Assembly: GCA_017942005.1 (NCBI GenBank)
Contig: JAGAVJ010000039.1
Coordinates: 95,591-159,590, forward strand
Origin: Clostridia bacterium
Lineage (GTDB): Bacteria; Bacillota; Clostridia; Oscillospirales; CAG-272
Direction: 5' to 3'
Length of the DNA: 64,000 bases
In this document: one piece after another, positions 18,603 to 27,538 of the stretch
Layout: every line of letters starts with the position of its first letter
Numbering within the stretch: position 1 is the first letter of the stretch
Position numbers and translations under genes: made by a program
The notes under the pieces: model-generated
What the model saw: only the letters and a program-made list of their open reading frames with translations
Told to the model about the DNA's origin: nothing
Database searches by the model: none

Positions 18603-19718
18603 ATGGAAATCCTGTACGAAAACCTGCTCCAAATGGATTGGCGTTATCTCGTCATGTGGGCAATCGGCGGACTGCTGATTTACCTCGCCATCAAAAAGGA
18701 CATGGAACCAACATTACTGCTGCCCATCGGATTCGGAACCATTCTTGTCAATATTCCCAATTCCGGTGCCATCACACAGCCGCAGGCGACAGAACCCGGC
18801 GCACTGACAACCCTGTTTGACGCAGGGATTGCAAACGAGCTGTTCCCGCTGATTTTATTCATCGGCATCGGCGCAATGATAGACTTCGGCCCGCTGCTCT
18901 CCAATCCCAAGCTGATGATCTTCGGCGCAGCCGCACAATTCGGTATCTTTTTCACGCTGTGTCTTGCGTCCATGTTTTTTGATATCAACGATGCAGCTTC
19001 TATCGCCATCATCGGTGCAGCAGACGGTCCGACCTCCATTGTCGTCGCCAATATGCTCAACTCAAACTATTTAGGTCCGATCATGGTAGCGGCGTATTCC
19101 TATATGGCGCTGGTACCGATTATTCAGCCGCCGGTCATCAAGCTGCTCACCACCAAAAAAGAGCGCATGATCCGCATGGAATATGAGGGCAAAGAAGTCT
19201 CCAAAGCGACAAAAATTCTGTTCCCCATCATCATTACCATCGTGGCAGGCATCGTTGCCCCATCCTCTGTTTCTCTTATTGGCTTCCTTATGTTTGGTAA
19301 CCTCATTCGCGAATGCGGTGTGCTCAACTCCCTATCCGACACTGCACAGAAGGTACTTGCAAATCTCGTCACCATTTTTCTTGGCATCACCATTGCTTCC
19401 CAGATGACGGTGGACAAGTTCCTCAATACCGACACGCTTCTGATTCTCGGTCTTGGTCTGTTCGCATTCATCTTTGATACGGCAGGCGGCGTGCTGTTTG
19501 CAAAGTTCCTCAATCTGTTCTTAAAGAAAAAGGTCAATCCAATGATTGGCGCGGCAGGCATTTCCGCATTCCCGATGTCGGGCAGAATCGTACACAAAAT
19601 GGGACTGAAGGAAGATCCGCAAAACTTCCTGCTCATGCATTCCATCGGTGTCAACGTGTCCGGACAGATTGCATCTGTCATCGCGGGCGGTTTGATTTTG
19701 AACTTCTTTATGGCATAA
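18603..19718 (+). CDS. Na+-translocating decarboxylase beta subunit (OadB/GcdB/MmdB family)
   Basis: 371-aa polytopic protein with family-typical segments (IGAADGPT, MIGAAGISAFPMS). Confidence 0.85.
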   Translation: MEILYENLLQMDWRYLVMWAIGGLLIYLAIKKDMEPTLLLPIGFGTILVNIPNSGAITQPQATEPGALTTLFDAGIANELFPLILFIGIGAMIDFGPLLSNPKLMIFGAAAQFGIFFTLCLASMFFDINDAASIAIIGAADGPTSIVVANMLNSNYLGPIMVAAYSYMALVPIIQPPVIKLLTTKKERMIRMEYEGKEVSKATKILFPIIITIVAGIVAPSSVSLIGFLMFGNLIRECGVLNSLSDTAQKVLANLVTIFLGITIASQMTVDKFLNTDTLLILGLGLFAFIFDTAGGVLFAKFLNLFLKKKVNPMIGAAGISAFPMSGRIVHKMGLKEDPQNFLLMHSIGVNVSGQIASVIAGGLILNFFMA

Positions 19719-19736
19719 CGATAGGAGGAGATTCAT

Positions 19737-19892
19737 ATGTTCATGCGCATCAATCCGGGCGCGTTTGTCGATAATCTGTATTATATGGGTGTCGGAATGC
19801 TGTCCATTTTTATCGTCATCGGTGTCATCATCCTTGCAACCCTCATTCTCGACCGTGGAATGAAAGCGCTGGAAAAAAACAAAAAAATGTAA
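19737..19892 (+). CDS. OadG-like small membrane subunit (51 aa, below track cutoff)
   Basis: ATG lies 7 nt after AGGAGG. A single TM helix (YYMGVGMLSIFIVIGVIILATLIL) is followed by a basic tail. Position after the beta subunit is typical. Confidence 0.6.
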   Translation: MFMRINPGAFVDNLYYMGVGMLSIFIVIGVIILATLILDRGMKALEKNKKM

Positions 19893-19968
19893 GTTCGACA
19901 GATTTATGTATGGGGAAAACTTTTTTGAAAAAAAGTTTTCCCCAAACCTCTTTCAAAAAACTTTAAAC
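19890..19968 (+). repeat. Family A element (TIR-like GTAAGTTCGAC + hairpin + mirror tract)
   Basis: GGGGAAAACTTTTTTGAAAAAAAGTTTTCCCC-AAA-CCTCTTTC-AAAAAACTTTAAAC. It overlaps the stop codon of the oadG-like gene. Confidence 0.8.
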
Positions 19969-20030
19969 CGGGTAAACTGACAAAAAATTCGTGTGTTTTT
20001 GTTGGTGAAACGTTTTTGAGGAGGCGTTTC

Positions 20031-20064
20031 GGGCTGCTGCAAGTTTTCAACTTGCAGCAGCCCC
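20031..20064. terminator. Family C palindrome / bidirectional terminator
   Basis: GGGCTGCTGCAAGTTTTCAACTTGCAGCAGCCCC followed by TTTTG. Lies between convergent genes. Confidence 0.7.
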
Positions 20065-20076
20065 TTTTGAATCTTC

Positions 20077-20973
20077 TCATATTTTGGATTCATTCATATC
20101 TGAACCATCTGCGGATGAATCAGTTTCATTCACATTATCATCCATCGAGGTATCATCCGTCCCATTTTTCTCCGGCGTTGTCACAATCACTTCAATTCCC
20201 TGCTCTATGAAAGCGGATAAGTCTGCCTCTGCGATATTGTCGTCTGTAATCAGGACATGCAGACGGTTTGCCGGACAAATCTTTACAATGGAATCAAACC
20301 CGATCTTCTCCGTCGGATACAATCCGACCGCTTTTCGCGATGCGTTTAGTACCGCATTCCAGAACGGAATCGCGCCGCTTTTCTGAATCGACAAACCAAA
20401 ATCAGGAGAGATAGCGGCAGAGGTCAAAAAACAGGTGTCAAAGCGCAGTTTTCCGATCATTTCTACGGCAAAGGCGTCATAGCAGTTCCCTTTGCCGTCC
20501 ATTTCCCCGCCAATCAGGATCACCGACACATTCGGTTTGGAACGCAGTTCCTCCGCCATGACAATGGAATTGGTCACAACACGCAAATGCAGATGATCGG
20601 GAATTCGCTGCGCCATAAAATATCCGACGGTCGCAGCCGTGATAAAAATCACCTCGCCGTCGTGCAGCATCGACAGCGCCTGTTCTGCAACTGCAAGATA
20701 GTTTGGCTTGATCTCTCCAAAATCCCGGCACGTGACGCCCGCCGGCTTCCCGGCAGCAACATATCTCAGCGGAAGTGCACCGCCATGTGTGCGCTTCAAC
20801 TTTTTCTGCTCCTCCAGCATGCGAAGATCCCGTTTGGCAGTGTCATACCCAACTTTGAATTTTAATTGTATCAGTGATGTGCTGATACTCCCCCTCTCCT
20901 CTAATAATTGCAGAATTTTTTCGTGGCGTTCTTCAAGCAGCATTGATGGTATCATCCTTTCTTCACAGTACAT
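20077..20973 (-). CDS. DeoR/GlpR family transcriptional regulator with acidic C-terminal tail
   Basis: N-terminal HTH (RHEKILQLLEERGSISTSLIQLKFKVGYDTAKRDLRMLEE) plus a DeoR C-terminal sensor domain. About 35 extra acidic residues at the C-terminus. The start may be an internal Met. Confidence 0.8.
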   Translation of the reverse strand: MYCEERMIPSMLLEERHEKILQLLEERGSISTSLIQLKFKVGYDTAKRDLRMLEEQKKLKRTHGGALPLRYVAAGKPAGVTCRDFGEIKPNYLAVAEQALSMLHDGEVIFITAATVGYFMAQRIPDHLHLRVVTNSIVMAEELRSKPNVSVILIGGEMDGKGNCYDAFAVEMIGKLRFDTCFLTSAAISPDFGLSIQKSGAIPFWNAVLNASRKAVGLYPTEKIGFDSIVKICPANRLHVLITDDNIAEADLSAFIEQGIEVIVTTPEKNGTDDTSMDDNVNETDSSADGSDMNESKI

Positions 20974-21314
20974 ATGATGTACCGTATTTTCACGGTTATT
21001 CCCGTTTATGCCTATATAATAACATATTTATGTCTGTTTGTCAAGTGGATTCCGTGAAAAGAAAGAGGTTTTCGTGAATATTCAGGCATTGACGTTCCAT
21101 ACCGATATCGATAGAACCGTATATTTTGAAATCTAATAAACTTTTCAAAATTCATTCATCTTTTCTTTATATTTATCCTGTATAATAAGATATTATCTAA
21201 AATTCAGCGGTACCATTCCGCAGAAAGGACTCCATTTTTCTGCCGCCCAATTTGCAGGACAATAAGTCTGAAAAATAAATTTTTCAGGAGAAACCATTTT
21301 AATGATTTCTCGTA

Positions 21315-21405
21315 CCGTGATTTTGTGACTTAACCGCCTGCGGGCGGTCACAACTCCACAATGAAAGGAGATAACTTTCACTTTCGTGAAAGTTATGGTC
21401 ATAAC
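21315..21405 (+). repeat. Family B leader repeat, 3' part
   Basis: CCGTGATTTTGTGAC[TTAACCGCCTGCGGGCG]GTCACAACTCCACAATGAAAGGAG-ATAACTTTCAC/GTGAAAGTTAT-GGTCATAAC. Confidence 0.8.
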
Positions 21406-23017
21406 TATAAAAAATATGACAAACAAGAAAAAGAATGACGATCCGATCCACTCAAGGATGCGGAAATATGTCAACCGGCACATGAGCAATCTTTTCAAAC
21501 GCACAGTGTATATTCTCCTGTTTGCAACCATACAAATTGCTCTGCTCGTGGTAAGTTTTACCTATCTCGGAAACCTGACGCCGTATTTCTGGACATTCTG
21601 CATGCTCATTTCCTTGATTCAAGCCATGCATATTTTAAATAAAAACAACAACCCCGCCTATAAAATCGCATGGCTGATTCCCATTTTGGTCGCGCCAATC
21701 TTTGGGGGGCTATTGTATTTGATGTTCGGCTCCAAGCGTGTCAATAAACGTCTGACCACGATCACAAACGATATTCAGGAAAAATATGCGGAATTTTCTC
21801 CTTGCGTTGTCCCCTCCATTGAAAAAAAGATCGCAGAAGAAGCCCCGCGCAATGTTGCTTTGCAGTCCTCCTACATTTCAAAGGCATCCGGCTGTCTTCC
21901 CTACGGCAGCACGCAGACCAAATATTTTCCGTCCGGGGAAGAACTGTTTCCGGTCATGTATGAAGCGCTGAAACAGGCAAAACAGTATATTTTCATCGAA
22001 TATTTTATCATTGAAGAAGGACTTTTCTGGGAATCGATCCTCGATATCCTCACAGAAAAGGTAAAAGAAGGCGTGGAAGTGCGTGTCATGTACGACGACT
22101 TCGGGTCTATGCTGACGCTTCCCCTCAATTATGATAAAATGCTGCGGGAACGCGGCATCAAGTCCCATGTATTCAATCCGTTTAATACCGTACTGCATCC
22201 CCGCCCCAATAACCGTGACCACAGAAAAATTACAGTCATCGACGGAAAAACAGCTTTTGTCGGCGGTATCAATTTAGCGGACGAATACATCAATACCTTT
22301 GAAAAGTATGGATATTGGAAGGACACCGCCCTGCAAATGACCGGTGATGCTGCTTTTGGCTGTACCATACAGTTTTTGTGCGTATGGGATGCGGATACCC
22401 ATGAAAAAACGGATTTTACAAAGTATACGCCGCGCCCATCCGATAAAGAAGAACCCGCCCAGTCCACTCTTAGCATCGTACAGCCATATACCGATATTCC
22501 AATGGACAGTGAGCAGGTCGGGGAATCGGTGTATTTCCAGATGGTCACACGTGCGGAAAAGTATATTTACATCACGACCCCCTATTTGATCATCGACTAT
22601 GAAATGCAGACCGCGCTGCAAATCGCCGCAAAAAGCGGTGTGGATGTCCGCATTATCACCCCGCACATTCCCGATAAAAAAATGGTATTTTTCTTAACGC
22701 GTTCCTACTATAAACCGCTGATGGACGCAGGTGTGAAAATTTACGAATTCACCCCCGGATTTATCCATGCAAAGTCCATGGTGTCCGACGACCGCTTTGC
22801 CGTAGTCGGTTCTATCAACCTCGACTACCGTTCTCTGTATTTACACCTTGAGAATGCCGTATGGATGTACAATACGGAAGTCATTACCGACATCCGCAAC
22901 GATTTTCTTGCAACGCAGGAAAAAAGTCAGCTTGTCACAGAGGAGCTGCTCGGCCGCCTGACCCTGCCAAAACGGATGTGGCTGTCTATCCTCCGCACCT
23001 TCTCGCCGTTATTGTAG
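21395..23017 (+). CDS. cls: Cardiolipin synthase
   Basis: Two PLD HKD motifs (HRKITVIDGKTAFVGGINL and HAKSMVSDDRFAVVGSINLD) and N-terminal TM helices. Start is ambiguous (GTG 21386, ATG 21395, ATG 21416). Confidence 0.9.
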   Translation: MVITIKNMTNKKKNDDPIHSRMRKYVNRHMSNLFKRTVYILLFATIQIALLVVSFTYLGNLTPYFWTFCMLISLIQAMHILNKNNNPAYKIAWLIPILVAPIFGGLLYLMFGSKRVNKRLTTITNDIQEKYAEFSPCVVPSIEKKIAEEAPRNVALQSSYISKASGCLPYGSTQTKYFPSGEELFPVMYEALKQAKQYIFIEYFIIEEGLFWESILDILTEKVKEGVEVRVMYDDFGSMLTLPLNYDKMLRERGIKSHVFNPFNTVLHPRPNNRDHRKITVIDGKTAFVGGINLADEYINTFEKYGYWKDTALQMTGDAAFGCTIQFLCVWDADTHEKTDFTKYTPRPSDKEEPAQSTLSIVQPYTDIPMDSEQVGESVYFQMVTRAEKYIYITTPYLIIDYEMQTALQIAAKSGVDVRIITPHIPDKKMVFFLTRSYYKPLMDAGVKIYEFTPGFIHAKSMVSDDRFAVVGSINLDYRSLYLHLENAVWMYNTEVITDIRNDFLATQEKSQLVTEELLGRLTLPKRMWLSILRTFSPLL

Positions 23018-23080
23018 TTTTATGAGGAGATGCTTTTTGAAAAAAGCACCTCCTCAAACTCCTCCGCAAAAACTTTCATA
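23018..23080 (+). repeat. Family A element (GAGGAG-type arms)
   Basis: TTTATG-GAGGAGATGCTTTTTGAAAAAAGCACCTCCTC-AAA-CTCCTCC-GCAAAAACTTTCATA. Lies immediately after the cls stop codon. Confidence 0.8.
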
Positions 23081-23130
23081 TAAAGTTATTTGAATGGGGT
23101 TTCTGGCTGTACGGCGTATCCTTATTACAG

Positions 23131-23190
23131 TTACCGAAAAAAACAGGAAGGAACCGTTTTCATACGTGTTCTTCCTGTTTTTTTCGGTAA
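23131..23190. terminator. Bidirectional terminator, perfect 20-bp inverted repeat
   Basis: TTACCGAAAAAAACAGGAAG(20 nt)CTTCCTGTTTTTTTCGGTAA, between convergent cls and the AraC-family gene. Confidence 0.7.
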
Positions 23191-23256
23191 TGGGCAGCAC
23201 TGCTCCGTCATTCAACAGAAAGGACATGCCTTCCGTTACTGATAAAGGCGGTTATG

Positions 23257-24195
23257 TTACAAATAAATATCGCCTTTGCTGTCCGCTGCCGACTTAAAGT
23301 ATTCCGACGGCGAAACGCCGACCAACTTACGAAACGAACGCGAAAACCGGCTGTAATCCGAAAAACCGACGCGTTCTGCAATTTCAGACATATTGAGCGT
23401 TCCGTCAAAATACTGGATCGTTGAACGGCTGATACGGTAGCTTGTTAGATAGTTGGAAAAGCTCACGCCAAAGCAATGCTTGAACAGGGTACAGAAATAG
23501 CTCTTGTTATAGCCGAACTGCGCACTGATTTCGGCTGTGGACAGCGGACGCATATAGTTTTCATCCAAAAACCGCGCGACCTTGATCATGAAGGCATAAT
23601 CCCGCGACGGATATTGCTTCTCCGCATTGGTATCCAAAAAGCCAACACAGCACAAGAGCTCTGACATCAATACACACAAAAGCGACATCTGCTTGAATTC
23701 TGCGGCGGAATCAAGAGACTCCTTGTGCTGTTTATTTTCACAGATATCAGTCAAAATCTTACCAAGCGCCATCGCAGTGCTGCCGGATCGGATGAGCGTT
23801 GGAAAACGCAGACTGCCGCGCTGCAAATCTTCCATCTGTTTTATTGCCGTACTCGAAAGTCCTGTAAAGCTGGTAAAGTGAAATGCAGCAAAGCAGTAGT
23901 CGACAATGTCTGCGGGATCGAACTTCGCCGCGTGCAGTTCATACGGATGTATGATCAAAAGGTCTCCTGCATCCATCTGATACGCAGTACAGTTGATTTC
24001 CACATGCAGATGTCCCCTGTACAGATATAAAAATTCCGCATCCGAGTGATGATGCAGATGCGTGCATGTCATCATCCCGTTTTGAAGAATATACCGGAAC
24101 CAGGCAGGGGCTGTATGGTTTGCAATATCAAAATAATAGCGTTCCGCCCGTACAACTGACATCCGCGCACCGGATGTATCATACGTTTCAATCAT
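23257..24195 (-). CDS. AraC family transcriptional regulator (cupin + HTH)
   Basis: C-terminal AraC HTH (FGYNKSYFCTLFKHCFGVSFSNYL, VGFSDYSRFSRSFRKLVGVSPSEY). The start is ambiguous; an upstream in-frame GTG behind GGAGGGAG would translate the palindrome at 24210-24242. Confidence 0.8.
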   Translation of the reverse strand: MIETYDTSGARMSVVRAERYYFDIANHTAPAWFRYILQNGMMTCTHLHHHSDAEFLYLYRGHLHVEINCTAYQMDAGDLLIIHPYELHAAKFDPADIVDYCFAAFHFTSFTGLSSTAIKQMEDLQRGSLRFPTLIRSGSTAMALGKILTDICENKQHKESLDSAAEFKQMSLLCVLMSELLCCVGFLDTNAEKQYPSRDYAFMIKVARFLDENYMRPLSTAEISAQFGYNKSYFCTLFKHCFGVSFSNYLTSYRISRSTIQYFDGTLNMSEIAERVGFSDYSRFSRSFRKLVGVSPSEYFKSAADSKGDIYL

Positions 24196-24209
24196 AATTA
24201 TGCGTACCA

Positions 24210-24242
24210 GGACTGTTGCAAGTTGAAAACATGCAACAGCCC
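24210..24242. repeat. Family C palindrome located in the 5' region of the AraC gene
   Basis: GGACTGTTGCAAGTTGAAAACATGCAACAGCCC (one mismatch in the stem). Confidence 0.7.
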
Positions 24243-24434
24243 GTTTCACGGTCTCCCTCCAGCTTGATTGATTCAAATTATATCATACATCCTTGCCGCT
24301 GTCAAGCAATCTATGCAAAAAAACAAAAAACCACGCCATGTAAAAACAAATATATGCCATTGTAATTCACAGAAAAGTATGATATAATCTAAAATATATG
24401 AAACAACCATGGAATACGATAGAAAGGAATTCAA

Positions 24435-24532
24435 GTTTGAAAGATAAATCTTTCAAACCGTGTTTTGTGACTTACGTCACAATTCCACATTAGAAAGGAA
24501 AACTTCGCTTACGCGAAGTTATGGTGGTAAAG
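24435..24532 (+). repeat. Family B leader repeat, 3' part
   Basis: GTTTGAAAGATAAATCTTTCAAAC-CGTGTTTTGTGACTTACGTCACAATTCCACATTAGAAAGGAAA-ACTTCGCTTACGCGAAGT-TATGGTGGTAAAG. Nearly identical to the reverse complement of 7606-7683. Confidence 0.85.
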
Positions 24533-26002
24533 ATGAAACGTTTTTCCTGCATTTTACTGACAGTATTGCTGATGTGCGCTTCCTGCGGAGAAGCTGCAAA
24601 AAGCGATACAACGGACACCGCGCAAACCGGTACCAACACAGATACGGAGCCTGCCGCAACAGAAGCACCGATTCCGGATCATTTAGATGAATTGGGTGAA
24701 AAGGATTTTGAAGGCAGAGTGTTCACCATTCTTGATGCAAACGACCACCCCGATATGCATGTCAACATGCCGGGGACAGAAGAAAACGGCGACATCATCA
24801 ACGATGCGCTGTACCAGCGTGATGCTGCCATTGAAGAACGTTACAACATTGATCTGCAATATATCCAAATAGAAGGTGCAAGCACCGGTACAACCAAGCT
24901 GAAAAATGCAGCCCTGACCGATGACAGTACCTATTCCATCTGTATTTCCACTCTGCTTGGCGGAACGCTCGGCACCATTGCCCTGGAAGGCGTACTTGCC
25001 AATCTGCTTGAGGTACCGTACCTGTCACTTGATCAGAACTGGTGGAGCAGCCTGATGTATGAAAGCCTTCGCTTTGACAACAAAATGTATTACACCACAG
25101 GCGATATCTCTCCCACCATGTACCAGATGCCGTCTTGCCTTTACTTAAACAAATCCCTTGCAGAAAACTACGATATTCAGGCAGATTTCCCTCAGCTGGT
25201 GCGTGACGGAAAATGGACATGGGACGAAATGATTTCCGCCTGCAAAAATTTGACGGTCGATGTCAACGGAGACAACAAAATGGACACCTGGGACGACTTC
25301 TTCGGCTTTGTACACAACGAGATGAGCAGCCTTGTCACAAATGCATATGTTGTCAGCGCCGGAATTGATCTTTCCACCATTTCCGAGGACGGCAGTCAGA
25401 TCAAAGTTGATCTGCTCAACGAACACACAAGCAATGCCATTGATAAATTCAAGGAGCTGGTCACACCCAATATCAAAATTAGAGAATTCAATGATATCAT
25501 CACCAAAACCTTTGAAGAGGACCGCGCCCTGTTTTTGCACCACTATGTGGAAAGCGCTTCCAACTATCTGCGCGATATGAAGAGCGACTATCTGATTCTG
25601 CCGCTGCCAAAGTATGATGAAGCACAGGAAAGCTACCGTTCCTTCGCCAACGCATGGGCAGATGCATTTGTCGCAATTCCGATTACAAGCGATCCTGAAT
25701 TCACCGGGTTCATTACGGAAGCGCTCGGCTACTATTCCTATAAAAACGTCCGTCCGCAGACCTATGAAATCATGTATAAGCAGAAGACGACGCGCGATGA
25801 GGACAGTGCAGAAATGCTTGATGTCATCTTCAATACCGTGTATGTGGACTTCAACTGTATCTATGACTTTGGCGGAACCGCATCGGTGCTCTGCAACGTC
25901 ATCAACGGAAAAGGAGAGCTTGCATCGTCTCTCACCAAAATTGAATCGAAAATCGATACCGCTCTTGAAAAATTCATCACAGGCTGGAAGGCAGAAAAAT
26001 AA
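24521..26002 (+). CDS. LplA-like extracellular solute-binding lipoprotein (paralog 2 of 5)
   Basis: Lipobox in MKRFSCILLTVLLMCASC, reading from the ATG at 24533. Contains the motif LILPLPKYDEAQESY. ATGGTG at 24521 is in frame. Confidence 0.7.
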   Translation: MVVKMKRFSCILLTVLLMCASCGEAAKSDTTDTAQTGTNTDTEPAATEAPIPDHLDELGEKDFEGRVFTILDANDHPDMHVNMPGTEENGDIINDALYQRDAAIEERYNIDLQYIQIEGASTGTTKLKNAALTDDSTYSICISTLLGGTLGTIALEGVLANLLEVPYLSLDQNWWSSLMYESLRFDNKMYYTTGDISPTMYQMPSCLYLNKSLAENYDIQADFPQLVRDGKWTWDEMISACKNLTVDVNGDNKMDTWDDFFGFVHNEMSSLVTNAYVVSAGIDLSTISEDGSQIKVDLLNEHTSNAIDKFKELVTPNIKIREFNDIITKTFEEDRALFLHHYVESASNYLRDMKSDYLILPLPKYDEAQESYRSFANAWADAFVAIPITSDPEFTGFITEALGYYSYKNVRPQTYEIMYKQKTTRDEDSAEMLDVIFNTVYVDFNCIYDFGGTASVLCNVINGKGELASSLTKIESKIDTALEKFITGWKAEK

Positions 26003-26043
26003 ATTCTGCAAAAAAAGCAACGCGTCAGAATATCATGAAAACA

Positions 26044-26087
26044 GGGCTGCCGCAAGTTTTCAACTTGCAGCAGCCCCTCTTTTATTT
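26044..26087 (+). terminator. Family C palindrome / intrinsic terminator
   Basis: GGGCTGCCGCAAGTTTTCAACTTGCAGCAGCCCC followed by TCTTTTATTT. Confidence 0.75.
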
Positions 26088-26096
26088 GGATAGGAA

Positions 26097-27302
26097 TTAC
26101 AGTGCTTTCACAATCGCTTCGGTATCGCGTGCGATCATCAGCTCTTCATTGGTCGGAATCACATAAACCGCAACCTTGGAGCGCTCTGTAGACAGCTTGA
26201 CCATATTGTTCTGGTGGTGGGTCTTTGCGTTCAGCTCGTTGTCGATTTCAATGCCGAAATATTCCATGTCGGTGCAGACACGTTCCCGCATTTCCGGATT
26301 GTTTTCACCCATGCCGGCAGTAAAGACGATTGCATCCAGACCGTTCATCGCAGCTGCATATGCGCCGATGAATTTCTGAATCTGGTATGCAAGAACATTG
26401 GCTGCAAGCCAGGACTTCTCGTCGCCCTTCAGAATGGCAGCTTCAATGTCACGGCTGTCGGAGGAGATACCGGAAACACCGAGGAGACCGCATTCCTTGT
26501 TCATGTATGCGGAAATTTCATCGGGCGTGCAGTTCTTCTTCTTCATCAGATACGGGACAATTGCCGGGTCAATAGCGCCGCAGCGGGTGCCCATTTCCAC
26601 ACCGTCAAGAGGTGTAAAGCCCATAGAGGTGTCCATGCACTTGCCGCCCTTGACCGCAGTAATGGAAGAACCGTTGCCGATGTGGCAGGTGATGATCTTG
26701 GTTTCTTCCAGCGGTTTATCAAGCAGCTTTGCCATTTCTGCGGAAACAAAACGGTGTGACGTACCGTGTGCGCCGTAGCGGCGGATCTGATACTTTTCTG
26801 CATCTTCACCGTTAATTGCGTAGGTATATGCCTTCTTCGGCATGGTGGTGTGGAATGCGGTATCGAATACCAGTACCTGCGGTACGTTCGGCATAACGGC
26901 GGTACAGCCGTCAATTCCCATCAGATGCGCCGGGGTATGCAGCGGTGCAAAATCGACACACAGACGCAGCTTGTCCATGACATCCGGTGTCACAAGGCAG
27001 GATTCATAGAAGTAGGAGCCGCCGTGTACGACACGGTGGCCAACCGCTTCAATTTCGCTCATATCCTTGATGCAGCCATACTCTTCATTGATCAGCGTAT
27101 CTACCAGAATCTTTGTAGCAACTGCGTGATTGGGCATGTCAATTGTTTTTTCAATTTTTCTGCCGTCCGGCAGCTTGTGTGTAATTTTGCCGTCAATGCC
27201 AATTCTCTCACAGATACCCTTTGCAAGAATATCGCCTTTTTCCATATCGAACAGCTGATACTTCAGTGAGGAGCTGCCGGCATTCACAACCAGAATCTTC
27301 AT
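26097..27302 (-). CDS. ackA: Acetate kinase
   Basis: MKILVVNAGSSSLKYQLF, HRVVHGG and full-length similarity to AckA. Confidence 0.95.
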   Translation of the reverse strand: MKILVVNAGSSSLKYQLFDMEKGDILAKGICERIGIDGKITHKLPDGRKIEKTIDMPNHAVATKILVDTLINEEYGCIKDMSEIEAVGHRVVHGGSYFYESCLVTPDVMDKLRLCVDFAPLHTPAHLMGIDGCTAVMPNVPQVLVFDTAFHTTMPKKAYTYAINGEDAEKYQIRRYGAHGTSHRFVSAEMAKLLDKPLEETKIITCHIGNGSSITAVKGGKCMDTSMGFTPLDGVEMGTRCGAIDPAIVPYLMKKKNCTPDEISAYMNKECGLLGVSGISSDSRDIEAAILKGDEKSWLAANVLAYQIQKFIGAYAAAMNGLDAIVFTAGMGENNPEMRERVCTDMEYFGIEIDNELNAKTHHQNNMVKLSTERSKVAVYVIPTNEELMIARDTEAIVKAL

Positions 27303-27538
27303 TTGTAAAGTCCTCCGAAACTATAATGATGTCTATAACTTGGATGGAAGCAAACGTGATTTTTCTTCCAGCCTGAACATGTATTTTCAGGTTTCCACGA
27401 AATTCATAGACTGTAACATACTTTATTATTATACAGCATCTCCGTCTAAAATGCAAGAGATTCCGGCAAATTTCGCATAAAATTTTTCGCATGGAACGCC
27501 GCTGTGCCCTCGTTTTCGCTGCACGGCAGCTGAAAACG

